Below are positions 35,470-50,100 of a stretch of 64,000 bases of DNA, piece after piece. The translations under genes were made by a program, and so were the position numbers. This DNA is from Octopus vulgaris (lineage: Eukaryota), in NCBI GenBank assembly GCA_951406725.2, contig OX597815.1, forward strand, positions 186,001 through 250,000, written 5' to 3'. Each line of letters begins with the position of its first letter. The first letter of the stretch is position 1. The notes beneath the pieces were generated by a model. That model was not told where the DNA came from. It saw only the letters and a list, made by a program, of their open reading frames with translations, and did no database searches.

Positions 35470-36664
35470 TTCTGCAGCCTGAAACGGGCCTGCAATCTCT
35501 TGTATCTGCATTTGACTCAGCTTGTGATGATTTTAGCTTGACCATCAACTTGGAAAAAAAAAACAGTTGTGAAGTATCAACTTGTATGTGGTGCTTTATG
35601 TAACCCCACTAAAATTTTCATTAAGGATAAGTTACTTGACGTTCTTGACTCTTTCATCTACCTTGGAAGCTCTGTACAAAATGATGGAAATCTGGACACA
35701 AAAATACATCTGCAAATTCAAAGGGCAGCAAAAGCATTTGGTGGCTTGGAGTAACATGTTTGATGTCAATGGCATAAATAACAACACAAAGCTGGCTCTT
35801 TACAAATCATTTTTGTCTTACGATCCCTGTTGTATTCCTCTGAAACATGGATGTGTTATGAAAGACATTTCAAATTGTGAGAACGATTCCACCAAAAATA
35901 CGTTTGACGCATTTTAAACATTAAATGGGACTTTTTACTCCAGACACAGATGTTCTTACATCATCAGGCATCAGTTCACTTAAGTCAATGATCTTGAAAA
36001 ATCAAATGAGGTGGTCTGGCCATATTGTTTGAGTGGCAGATGAATACACACCTAAAAAGTTGTTTTGTGGCGAACTTGCAGAAGGGAAATTCAATCAGTG
36101 TAAATCTAAAAAGAAGTTTAAGGACTGTATAAGGACTAACATGAAGTCACTTGGAATGGATTTAAAGGCTGTAGAAACCCTTGCTTTGCATTCAGCTGAA
36201 TGGTGAACAAAAGTGTAGAGAGGAGTGAAAGCTCTTGAAGAAACCAAGATGACTCATGTGAAAGTCAAAAGAAAAATAGTACAATCAATGAGGAACTGAA
36301 TCCCAACCACCTTTTTGCATGCACAATTTGTGATAGACCACACCTTTCTTTTTCTGGGTTCAAATCTCATTTGTGGACCCATGGAAAATTGATCTCCACC
36401 ACCTATTCTGTTTACCTATCTGTGCATACCTGTTAATGCCATGTATGCCATAAGGTCTGCAAATCAAACAGAGGACTCAAGAGACATTTTAAGATCCACA
36501 AAGATCAGAACTTAGTTGCAACTCTTGATGGTCCAAAGCAGATGTGCAATTTGTGTCTGGGCCTTTTCAAAACATTGTCTGGTTTAAATGGCTACATCAT
36601 GATAGATCTTAGGTGTAAGTACAAAAGGCGGTCAAACTCTGTATAAGGAGGAGACAACCACTGT
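35470..36664 (+). mobile_element. RTE-BovB-type LINE 3' half, decayed, with ~3 C-terminal C2H2-like fingers
   Basis: FIYLGS..IQRAAKAFG..SETW..RFHQK..MRWSGHIV..PKKLFCGEL; CTICDR..KSHLWTH, CHVCHKVCKSNRGLKRHFKIH, CNLC. Confidence 0.8.
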
Positions 36665-39600
36665 GTATATGTATGTATGTATGCAGGTATGTATGTATGC
36701 ATGTATGAATCTATGTATGAACGTACGTATGTATGTATGTATGCAAGTATGTATGCATGTATGCATGCATGTTTGTATGTATGTACGTACGTATGTATGC
36801 ATGCATGTATGTATGTATGTATGCATAAATGCATGCATTTATGTATGCATATATGTATGCATGCATGTATGTACGTACGTATGTATGTATGCATGTATGT
36901 ATGTATGTATGTGTGTATGTATGTATGTATTCATGTATGAATGCATGTATGTATGTGTGTATGTATGAGTGTGTGTATGTATGTATGTATATGTATGTCT
37001 GTGTGTATTTATGTATGTATTCATGTATGTATAAATGTATGTATGTATGTACGTAATCATGTATGTGTGTATGTATGTATGTGTGCATGTATGAATGTAT
37101 GTATGTACGTACGTATGTATGTATGCATGTATGTATGTACGCATGTAAGCATGCATGTATGTATGCATGCATGCATTCATGTATGTACGTATGTATGTAT
37201 GTATATATATGCATGCATGCATGTATGTATGCATGCATGTATGTACGTACGTACGTATGTATGTATGCATTCATGCATGTATGTATGTACGTACGTATGT
37301 ATGTACGAACGTACGTATGTATGTATGTACGAACGTACGTACATATGTATATATGTATGCATGCATGTATGTACGTACGTACGTATGTATGGATGCATGC
37401 ATGTATGTATGTTTGTATGTATTCATGTATGTATGCATGTAAGTATGTGTGTTTGTATGTGTTTATGTATGTATTCATGTATGTATAAATGTATGTATGT
37501 ATGCATACATGTATGAATGTATGTATGTACGTACGTATGTGTGTATGTATGCATGCATGTATGTATGTACGTATGTATGCATGCATGTATGTATGTATGC
37601 ATGCATGCATTCATGTATGTACGTACGTACGTATGTATGTATGCATGCATACATGTATGTATGCATGCATGCATGTATGCATGCTTATATGTATGTATGC
37701 ATGCAAAAATGTGTGTATGTATGCATGCAAGCATGCATGTATGTATGTACGTATGTATGTATGTATGCATTCATGTATGTATGTAAGTATGCATATATGT
37801 GTGTATGTATGTATGTGTGTATGTTTGTATGTGTGTATGTATGTATGTATTCATGTATGTATGTATGTATGTATTCATATATGCATGCATGTTTGTATGT
37901 GTGTATGTATGGATGTGTGTATGTATGTATGATGTATGTACGTATGTATGTATGCATGTATGTATGTATGTACGTAGGACATACGTATGTATGTATGTAT
38001 GTACGTACGTAAGTATGTATGTATGCATGCATGTATGTATGTATGCATGCATGCTTGTATGTATTATGCATTCATGTATGTATGTACGTACGTATGTATG
38101 TATGTATGCATGCATGTATGTAAGTATGTTTGTATGTATGTAATCATGAATGTATGTATGTATGCATGTATGAATGTATGTATGTATGTATGGACGTATG
38201 TATGTATGAACGTACGTACGTATGTATGTTTGTATGTATGTATGCATGCATGCATGTATGTATGTATGTACGTATGTATGTACGTACGTACGTATGTTTG
38301 TATATATGTATGCATGCATGTATATATGTATGTGTGTATGTATGTATGCATGCATATATGTACGTAAGTATGTATGTATGTATGTATTTATTCATGTATG
38401 TCTGTATGTATGCATGCATGTATGTGTGTATGTATGTGTGTGTGTATGTATGTGTGTATGTATGTATGTATGAAGTATGTACGTACGTATGTATGTATGT
38501 ATGTATTTATCCATGTATGTATGTATGTACGTACGTATGTATGTATGTATGTATGTGTATGTATGTGTGTATGTATGTAGGTATGTGTTTAAGTTTGTAT
38601 GTATGTATGTGTGTATGTATGTGAATGTGTGTGTGTATGTATGCAAAAATTCATGTATGTATGAGCGTATGTATGTACATATGCATGTATGTGTGTATGT
38701 ATGTATGTATGTATGTATGCATGTATGTATGTATGTATGTACGTACGTATATATGTATGTATGTATGTATGTATGCATGCATGTATGTATGTTCGTCTGT
38801 ATATAGGTAAGCATGCATGTATGTATGTATGTATGTATGCATGTATGTATACATGTATGCATGAATGCATACATGCATGTATGTTTGTATGTATGTATGT
38901 ATGTATCTATGTACGAGGGCATGTATGTATGTATTTACGTACGTATGTATGTATGTATGCATGCATGTATGTATGTATGTATGTATGTATGTATGTATGC
39001 ACGTATCTATGTACGTACGTACGTATGGATGTATGTATGTATGCATGCATGTATGTACGTACGGACGTATATATGTATATAAGTATGTATGTAGGTATAT
39101 ATGTATAAATGCATGTATGTATGCATGTGTGTACGTACGGACGTATGTATGTATGAATGCATGTATATATGTATATATGCATGCATGCATGAATGCATGT
39201 ATGTATGTATGCATGCATGCATATATGTATGTATGTATGCATGGATGTATGTATGTATGTGTCTACGTATGCATGTATGTATAAATGTGTTTATGTATGT
39301 ATGTTTGTATCTATGTATGTATTCATGTATGTATGTATGTATTCATGTATGTATGCATGTACATATGTGTGTATGTGTGTATGTATGTATGTGTGTATGT
39401 ATGTATGTATGTATGTATGTATGTATATATGTGTATGTGTGTGTGTGTATGTAAGTCTGTATGTATACATACATGAATGTAAATGTATGTATGTATGTAT
39501 AAATGTATGTATGTAAGTGTGTATGTAAGTATGTTTATATGTATGTATGTGTGTATGTATGTATGTATGTATGCATGCATGAAAGTATGTACTTACGTAT

Positions 39601-41445
39601 GTATGTATGTATGTATGCATTAACGTATGTATGTATGTATGCATGCTTGCAAGCATGCATGAATGTATATACGTATGTATGTTTGTATGCATGCATGCAT
39701 GTATGTATCTATGGATGGATGGATGCATGTATGTGTGTATCTATGTATGTATGTATGCATGCATGTATGTTTCTATATATATATGTATGTACGCATGCAT
39801 GTATATATATATGTACGTACGTATGTATGTATGTATACATGCATGCATGCATGTATGTATTCATGTATGTATGTATGTATGCATGTATGTATGTATGTGT
39901 GTATGTATGTATGTATGTGTATATGTATGTATGTATATATTCATGTATATATGCATGTATGTATTAATGTATGTATGCATGTACGTATGTATGTATGTAT
40001 GCATGTATATATGTGTGTATGTATGTATGTATTATGGACGTACGTACGTACGTATGTATGACTGTGTATGCATGTATGCATGTATGAATGCATGTATGTA
40101 TGTACGTACGTATGTATGTATGTATGCATGCATGTATGAACGTACGTACATATGTATGTATGTATGTATGCATGCATAAATGTATGAACGTACGTATGTA
40201 TATATGTATGTATTCATGTATGTATGCATGTATGTATGCATGTATGTATGTATGTACGTATGTATGTACGTATATATGTATAAACGTACGTACGTACGTA
40301 CTCATGAATTATGTCTGTATGTATGTATGTATGCATGCATGCATGTATAAATGTATGTATGTATGTACGTACGTATGAATGTATGTATATATGTACGTAC
40401 GTACATACGAATGTATGTATACATGCATGTATGTATGTATGCATGCATGCATGCAAGCATATATGTATGTACGTACGTATGTATGTATGTATACATACAT
40501 GTATATATGTATGTATGTATGCATACATGCAAGCATGTATGTATGTATGTAAGTTTTCATGTATGTATGCATGTATGCATGTATGAATGTGTGTATGTAT
40601 GTATGTGTGTATGTGTGTATGTATGTATGTATGTATGTATTCATGTAAGTATATATGTATTAAAGTATGTATGCATGTATGTATGTGTGTATGTATGTAT
40701 GTGTGTATGTATGTATATTTATCTATGTGTGTGAGTGTGTATGTATGTATTCATGTATGTATGAATGTATGTATATATGCATATATGTATGTATGTGTGT
40801 ATGTATGTGTATATGTATGTATGTGTGTATGTATGTATGTATGCATGCATATAAGTACGTACGTACGTATGTATGTTTGTATGTATGCATGTATGTATGT
40901 ATGTATTCCCTCCATGCAGGTTTGTATGTACGTATGTAAGTATGTATGTATATATGTATGTATGCATGCATGCATGCATGTATGTACGTACGTACGTACG
41001 TAGGTATGTATGTATGTATGCATGTATGTATGTACGTATGCATGCATGCATTTATGTATGTATACAAGCATGCATGCATATATGTACGTTCGTATGAATG
41101 TATGTATGTATGCATGCATGTATGTGTGTATGTATGTGTGTGTGTATGTATGTGTGTATGTATGTATGGATGAAGTATGTACGTATGTATGTATGTATGT
41201 ATGTACGTATGCATGCATGTATGTGTATATGTATGTGTGTATGTATTTATGTGTGTATGTATGTACGTATGTATGTGTTTATGCGTGTATGTATGTATGT
41301 GTGTATGTATGTGTATGTGTGTTCGTATGTATGCAAGAATTCATGTATGTATGAGCGTATGTATGTACATATGCATGTATGTGTGTATGTATGTATTTGT
41401 GTATGTATGTATGCATGCATGTATGTATGTATGTATGTACGTACG

Positions 41446-41477
<32 letters not shown>

Positions 41478-44400
41478 CATGCATGTATGTATGAACGTCT
41501 GTATATAGGTAAGCATGCATGTATGTATGTATGTATGTATGTATGTATGCATGTATGTATGCATGTATGCATGAATGCATACATGTATGTATGTATGTAT
41601 GTATGTATGCATGTACGTATGTGTGTATGTATGTACGTACGTACGTATGGAGGTATGTATGTATGTATGTATGTATGTATGTACGTATGTACGTATGTAC
41701 GTATGTATGTATGCATGCATGTATGTATGCATGTATGTACGTATGTATGTATGTATGAATGCATGCATGCATGCATGAATGTATGTGTGTATGTATGTAC
41801 GAAGGCATGTATGTATGAATTTATGTACGTATGTATGTATGTATGCATGCATGTATGTATATATGTATTCATGTATATATGTATGTATGAATGCATGAAT
41901 GTGTGTATGTATGTATGTGTGTATGTATGTATTCATATATGTATGTATGTATGCATGTATGTATGTATGTATGCACGTATCTATGTATGTACGTACGTCC
42001 GTACGTATGGATGTATGTATGTATGTATGTATGCAAGTATGTATTTAGGTATGTACGTACGTATGTATGTATGCATGCATGTATGTATGCATGTATGTAC
42101 GTATGTATATATGTATGTATGTATGTATATATGTATGTATGTATGTATGCATGCATGCATGTATGTACGTACGGACGTACATATGTATATAAGTACGTAT
42201 GTACGTACGTACGTATATACGTATGTATGTAAGTATGTACGTGTGTATAAATGCATGTATGTTTGCATGTATGTACGTATGTATGCATGCATGTATGTAC
42301 GTACGGACGTACGTATGTATGTATGAATGCATGTATATATGTATATATGTATATATGTATATATGCATGCATACATGAATGCATGTATGTATGTATGTAT
42401 GCATGCATGCATATATGTATGTATGTATGCATGCATGTATGTATGTATGTATGTGTGTACGTATGCATGTATGCATAAATGTGTTTATGTATGTATGTTT
42501 GTATCTATGTATGTATTCATGTATGTATGTATGTATGTATTCATGTATGTATGCATGTATGTATGTATGCATGTACGTATGTGTGTATGTGTGTAAGTAT
42601 GTATGTGTGTATGATGTATGTATGTATGTGTATGTGTGTGTGTGTATGTATGTCTGTATGTATACAGGGACTTACATAAGTACATACATACAAAGATACA
42701 GACATGTATACATGCATACATGCAAACACATATACAGTCATACATACGTACGTATGTACGTCCATATTACATACATACACACATAGACACACACATATAT
42801 ACATGCATACATTCATACATACATATATACATGCATATATACATATATACATATATACATGCATAGATACATACATACGTCCGTATGTACATACATGCAT
42901 GCATGCAAACATACATACGTACGTACATACGTACATACATGCATACATACATGAATTTATACATACATACATACATACGTACATACGTACGTACATACGT
43001 ACGTACAAATATCCTTTTATATATATATACGTCAGTACGTACATACATGCATGCATGCATACATCCATACGTACGTACGTTCGTACATACATACGTACAT
43101 AGATACATAGATACATGCATACATACATAAATACATGCAAACATACAAACATACATACATGAATACATACATACATACACACATACATACATACACACAT
43201 ACATACACACATACATACATGCATACATACATACATGAATACATACATACATACATGCATGCATGCATACATACATATATACATACATAAATTCATACAT
43301 ACGTGCCTTCGTAAATACATACACACATACATACATGCATGCATGCATTCATACATACATACTTACATACATACATGCATACATACATGCATGCATGCAT
43401 ACATACATACGTACGTATGTACATAAGTACATACATACATACATACATACATACATGCATGCATGCATGCATGCATACATACATACATGCATGCGTACAT
43501 ACAAACATACATACATACGTACGTACGTACATACATACATGCATGCATACATACATACATACACACATACATACATACATACGTGCATATATACATACAT
43601 ACATACATTCATACATACCTACATACATACATACAGACTCACACACATACAAATACATACATACATACACACATACATACATCCATGCTTACATACATTA
43701 ATACACACATATTACATGAATACATACATACACATATACATACATACAGACATACATACACACATACATACATACTTGCATACATAAATACATACATGCA
43801 TACATACATGAATACTTACATACATACATACATGCATGCATGCATAAATGCATACATACGTACGTACGTAGGTACATACATACATACATATACACATATA
43901 TGCATACATACATACATACATACATACAAACATACGTACGTACATACATATATGAATGCATGCATGCATGCATACATACATACATGCATGTATACATGCA
44001 TACATACGTATGTACGTACATACATACATACATACGTACGTACATACATACATACATTTATACATGCATGCATACATACATACATACATAATACATGAGT
44101 ACATACGTACGTACGTACAAACATATATACGGACATACATACGTACATACATACATGCATACATACATACATACGTACATGCATACATACATGAATACAT
44201 ACATACATACATACATATATGCGTACGTACATACATACATGCATGCATACATATATTTATGCATGCATACATACATACATGCATACATACATACATAATA
44301 AGTACGTACGTACATACATGCATGCATGCATACATACATACATACGTGCGTACATACATACATGAATTCATACATACATACATGTATACGTACATACGTA

Positions 44401-45076
44401 CATACATACGTACGTAGGGACTTACGTAAGTAAATACATACAAAGATACACACATGCATACATGCATGCAATCACACATACAGTCATACATACGTACGTA
44501 TGTACGTCTATAATACATACATACACTCATACACACACACATATATACATGCATACATTCATACATACATACATACATGCATATATACATATATACATGC
44601 ATAGATACATACATACGTCCGTACGTACATACATGCATGCATGCAAACATACATACATACGTACATACATGCATACATACATGCATTTATACATACATAC
44701 ATACGTACATACGTACGTACGTACGTACGTACATACATCCTTTTATATATATATACGTCCGTACGTACATACATGCATGCATGCATACATACATACATAC
44801 ATACGTACATACATGCATACATACATACGTACGGACATAGGTACATACATGCATACAGACATATGTATGTATGCATGTATGTATCCATGAATGTATGTAT
44901 GTATGTATGCAATAAAGTATGTATTTATGTACGTACGTACGTATGAATGTATGTATGTATGTACGTACTACGTATGTGTGTATGTATACATGCATGTATG
45001 TATGTATGTATGCATGCATGCATGCAAGCATATATGTATGTACGTACGTCCGTATGTATGTATGTATGCATATATG

Positions 45077-45108
<32 letters not shown>

Positions 45109-45459
45109 CATGTATGTATGTATGTATGCATACATGCAAGCATGTATGTATGTACTTAGTACGTAGGTACGTATGTATGTATTTATGCATGCATATATGT
45201 AAGTATGTACGTATGTATGTACGAATATATGTATGTACGTACGTACGTACGTATTCATGTATTATGTATGTATGTATGTATGCATGCATGCATGTATAAA
45301 ATTATGTATTTATGTACGTTCGTACGTATGAATGTATGTATGTATGTACGTACGTACATACGTATGTATGTATGTATACATGCATGTATGTATCTATGCA
45401 TGCATGCATGCAAGCATATATTTACGTACGTACGTACGTATGTATGTATGTATGTATGC

Positions 45460-45492
<33 letters not shown>

Positions 45493-47089
45493 TGCGTACA
45501 TGCAAGCATACATACATGCATTAATACATACATACATACATATATACGTACGTACGTACATAAATACGTACGTATGCATGTATGTATGTATGTATGCATG
45601 TACGTATGTGTGTATGTGTGTATGTATGTATGTGTGTATGTATGTATGTATGTGTGTATGTATGTATGTGTATGTGTGTGTGTATATATATGTCTGTATG
45701 TATACATTCATGAATGTATAAATGTATGTATGTATGTAAGTGTGTATGTAAGTATGTTTATATGTATGTATGTGTGTTTGTATGTATGTATGCATGCATG
45801 TATGTATGTACGTGCGTATGTATGTATGTATGTATCCATGAATGTATGTATGTATGCATGCATAAAAGTATGTATTTATGTACGTACGTACGTATGAATG
45901 TATGTATGTATGTACGTACGTAATACGTATGTATGTATGTATACATGCATGTATGTATGTATGTATGCATGCATGCATGCAAGCATATATGTATGTACGT
46001 ACGTACGTATGTATGTATGTATGCATATATGTATATATGTGTGTATGTATGAATACATGCAAGCATGTATGTATGTACTTAGTACGTATGTATGTATGTA
46101 TTTATGCATGCATGCTTGTATGTATATATGTATGTAAGTATTCATGTATGTATGGATGTATGTATGTATGTATGCATGTATGTATGTATATGTGTATGTG
46201 TGTATGTGCGTGTTTGTATGTATGTATGAATGTATGTATTAATGTATGTATGCATGTATGTATGTATGTATGTATGCATGTATGTATGTGTGTATGTATG
46301 TATGTGTGTATGTATGTATGTGTGTATGTATGTATATTTATGTATGTGTGTGAGTGTGTATGTATGTATGTATGTATTCATGTATGTATGAATGTATGTA
46401 TGTATGTATATATGCATATATGTATGTATGTGTGTATGTATGTGTGTATGTATGTATGTGTGTATGTATGTATGTATGTATGCATGCAAGTATGAACGTA
46501 CGTACGTATGTATGTTTGTATGTATGTATGTATGTATGCATTCCCCCCTTGCAGATCTGTTTGTACGTATGTAAGTATTTATACGTGTATGTATGTATGT
46601 ATGTATATATGAATGTATGCATGCATGTACGTACGTACTTACGTTGGTATGTATGTATGTATGTATGTATGTATGCACACATGCATGTATTTATGTATGT
46701 ATGTATGCATGCATGTATGTATACATGTGTGTATGCAAGTATCTATGTATGTATGTATACATGTATGTATGTATGTATGATTGTATGTATACATGTGTGT
46801 ATGTATGTGTGTGTGTATGTTTGTATGTGTGTATTCATGTATGTATGTAAGTATATATTCATGTATGTATGGATGTATGTATGTATATATGTATGTATGT
46901 ATGCATGTATGTATGTGTGTATGTGTGTATGTATGTATATGTGTATGTATGTGTGTATGTAGGTATGCGTGTATGTGTGTGTATGTTTGTATGTATTCAT
47001 GTCAGTATGAATGTATGTATGCATGTATGTATGTATTTATGTATGTACGTATGAATGTATTTATTCATGTATGTATGTATGTATGCATG

Positions 47090-47120
<31 letters not shown>

Positions 47121-50100
47121 TGATGTATGTATAAATGTATGTTTATATGTCCGTAATTATATATGTATGTACGTGTGTATATATGTATGTGTGTATGTAT
47201 GTATGCATGCATGTATTGTATGTATGTACGTACGTATGTATATATGTATGCATCCATGCATATATTTACATATGTATGTATGCATGCATGTATATATGTA
47301 TGCATGCATGCATGTATGTATATACGTAAGTATGTATGTATGTATGCATAAATGCATGTATGTATGTATGTATGTATGTATGCGTTCATGTATGTATGTA
47401 TGTATGCATATATGTATGTATGTGTGTATGTATGTATGTGCGTATGTATGTATGTGTGTATGTATGTATGTGTGTATGTACGTATGTATTTATGCATGTT
47501 TGCATGCATGTATGTATGTACGTATGTATATAGGTATGCATGCATGCATGTATGTATGTATGTATGTATGCATGTATGTATGCATGAATGCATACATGCA
47601 TGTATGTATGTATGTACGAAAGCATTTATGTATGTATGTATTTACGTATGTATGTATGTATGTATATATGTGTGTATAAATGCATATATGTATGCATGTA
47701 TGTACATATGTATGCATGCATGTATGTACTTACGGACGTATGTATGTATGTATGAATGCATGTATATATGTATATATGCATGCATACATGAATGCATGTA
47801 TGTATGTATGTATGCATGCATGCATATATGTATGTATGTATGCATGAATGTATGTATGTATGTGTGTACGTATGCATGTATGTATAAATGTGTTTATGTA
47901 TGTATGTGTTTGTATCTATGTATGTATTCATGTATGTACGTATGTATGTATTCATGTATGTATGCATGTATGTATGTATGTATGCATGTACGTATGTGTG
48001 TATGTGTGTATGTATGTATGTGTGTATGTATGTATGTATGTATGTGTGTATGTATGTATGTGTATGTGTGTGTGTGTATATATATGTCTGTATGTATACA
48101 TTCATGAATGTATAAATGTATGTATGTAAGTGTGTATGTAAGTATGTTTATATGTATGTATGTGTGTTTGTATGTATGTATGCATGCATGTATGTATGTA
48201 CGTGCGTATGTATGTATGTAAGTATGTATCCACGAATATATGTATGTATGTATGCATGCTTCCAAGCATGCATGTATGTATATACTTATGTATGATTGTA
48301 CGTATGCATGCCTGTATGCATGTAAGTATGTATGGATGGAAGCATGTATGTGTGTATCGATGTATGTATGCATGCATGTATGTTTGTATATATGTATGTA
48401 TTGTACGCATGCATGTATATATGTATGTATACATGCATGCATGCATGTATATATTCTTGTATGTATGTATACATGCATGTATGTATGTATGTGTGTATGT
48501 ATGTCTGTGTGTATGTATGTATGTATGTGTATATGTATGTATGTATTCTTGTATATATGCATGTATGTATTAATGCATGTATGCATGTACGAATGTATGT
48601 ATGTATGCATGTATATATGTGTGTATGTATGTGTGTATGTATGTGTGTATGTATGTATTATGGACGTACGTACGTACGTATGTATGACTCTTTGTATGTA
48701 TGCTTCTATGCACGTATGCATGTGTGTATGTTTGTATGTATGTACGTACGTACGTACCTCCGTACGTATTTATGTACGTACGTATGTATAATTGTATGTA
48801 TTTATGAATGCATGTATGTATGTATGTACGTACGTATGTATGTTTGTATGTATGCATGCATGTATGTACGCACGTACATATGTATGTATGCATGTATGTA
48901 TGTATGAATGCATAAATGTATGTATGCATGTATGTATGTATGTACGTATATATGTATGTATGTACGTATTCATGCACGTATGCATGTATGTATGTATGTA
49001 TGCATATATGTATGTATGTACGTATGTATGTACGTATATATGTATGTACGTACATACGTAGGTGTTCATGTATTATGTATGTATGTATGTATGCATGCAT
49101 GCATGTATAAAAGTATGTATTTATGTACGTACGTATGAATGTATGTATGTATGTACGTACGTAATACGTATGTATGTATGTATGTGTGCATGCATGCATG
49201 CAAGCATATATGTATGTACGTACGTACGTATGTATGTATGTATGCATATATGTATATATGTATGTATGTATGTATGTATGCATACATGCAAGCATGTATG
49301 TATGTATTTAGTACGTATGTATGTATGTATGTATTAATGCATGCATGCATGTCTGTATGTATGTAAGTATCCATGTATGTATGCATGTATGTATGTTTGT
49401 CTGCATGTATGTATGTATGTGTGTATGTGTGTATGTATGTATGTATTAATGCAAGTATGTATGTATTAATGTATGTATGCATGTATGTATATATGTATGT
49501 ATGCATGTATGTATGTGTGTATGTATGTATGTGTGTATGTATGTATGTGTGTATGTATGTATGTGTGTATGTATGTATATTTATGTATGTGTGTGAGTGT
49601 GTATGTATGTATTCATGTATGTATGAATGTATGTATGTATGTATATATGCATATATGTATGTATGTGTGTATATATGTGTGTATGTATGTATGTATGCAT
49701 GCAAGTATGAACGTATGTATGTTTGTATGTATGTACGTATGTATGCATTCCCCCCATGCAGGTCTGTTTGTACGTATGTAAGTATGTATGCATCTATGTA
49801 TGTATATAAGCATGTATGCATGCATGTATGTACGTACGTACTTACGTATATATGTATGTATGCATGCATGTATGTATGCATGTGTGTATGCAAGTATCTA
49901 TGTATGTGTGTATGTATACATGTATGTATGTATGATTGCATGTATACATGTGTGTATGTATGTGTGTGTATGTTTGTATGTGTGTATGTTTGTATGTATG
50001 TAAGTATGTATTCATGTTTGTAAGTATGTATTCATATATGTATGGATGTACGTATGTATGTATGTATGTATGTATGTATGTGTGTATGTATGTGTGTATG

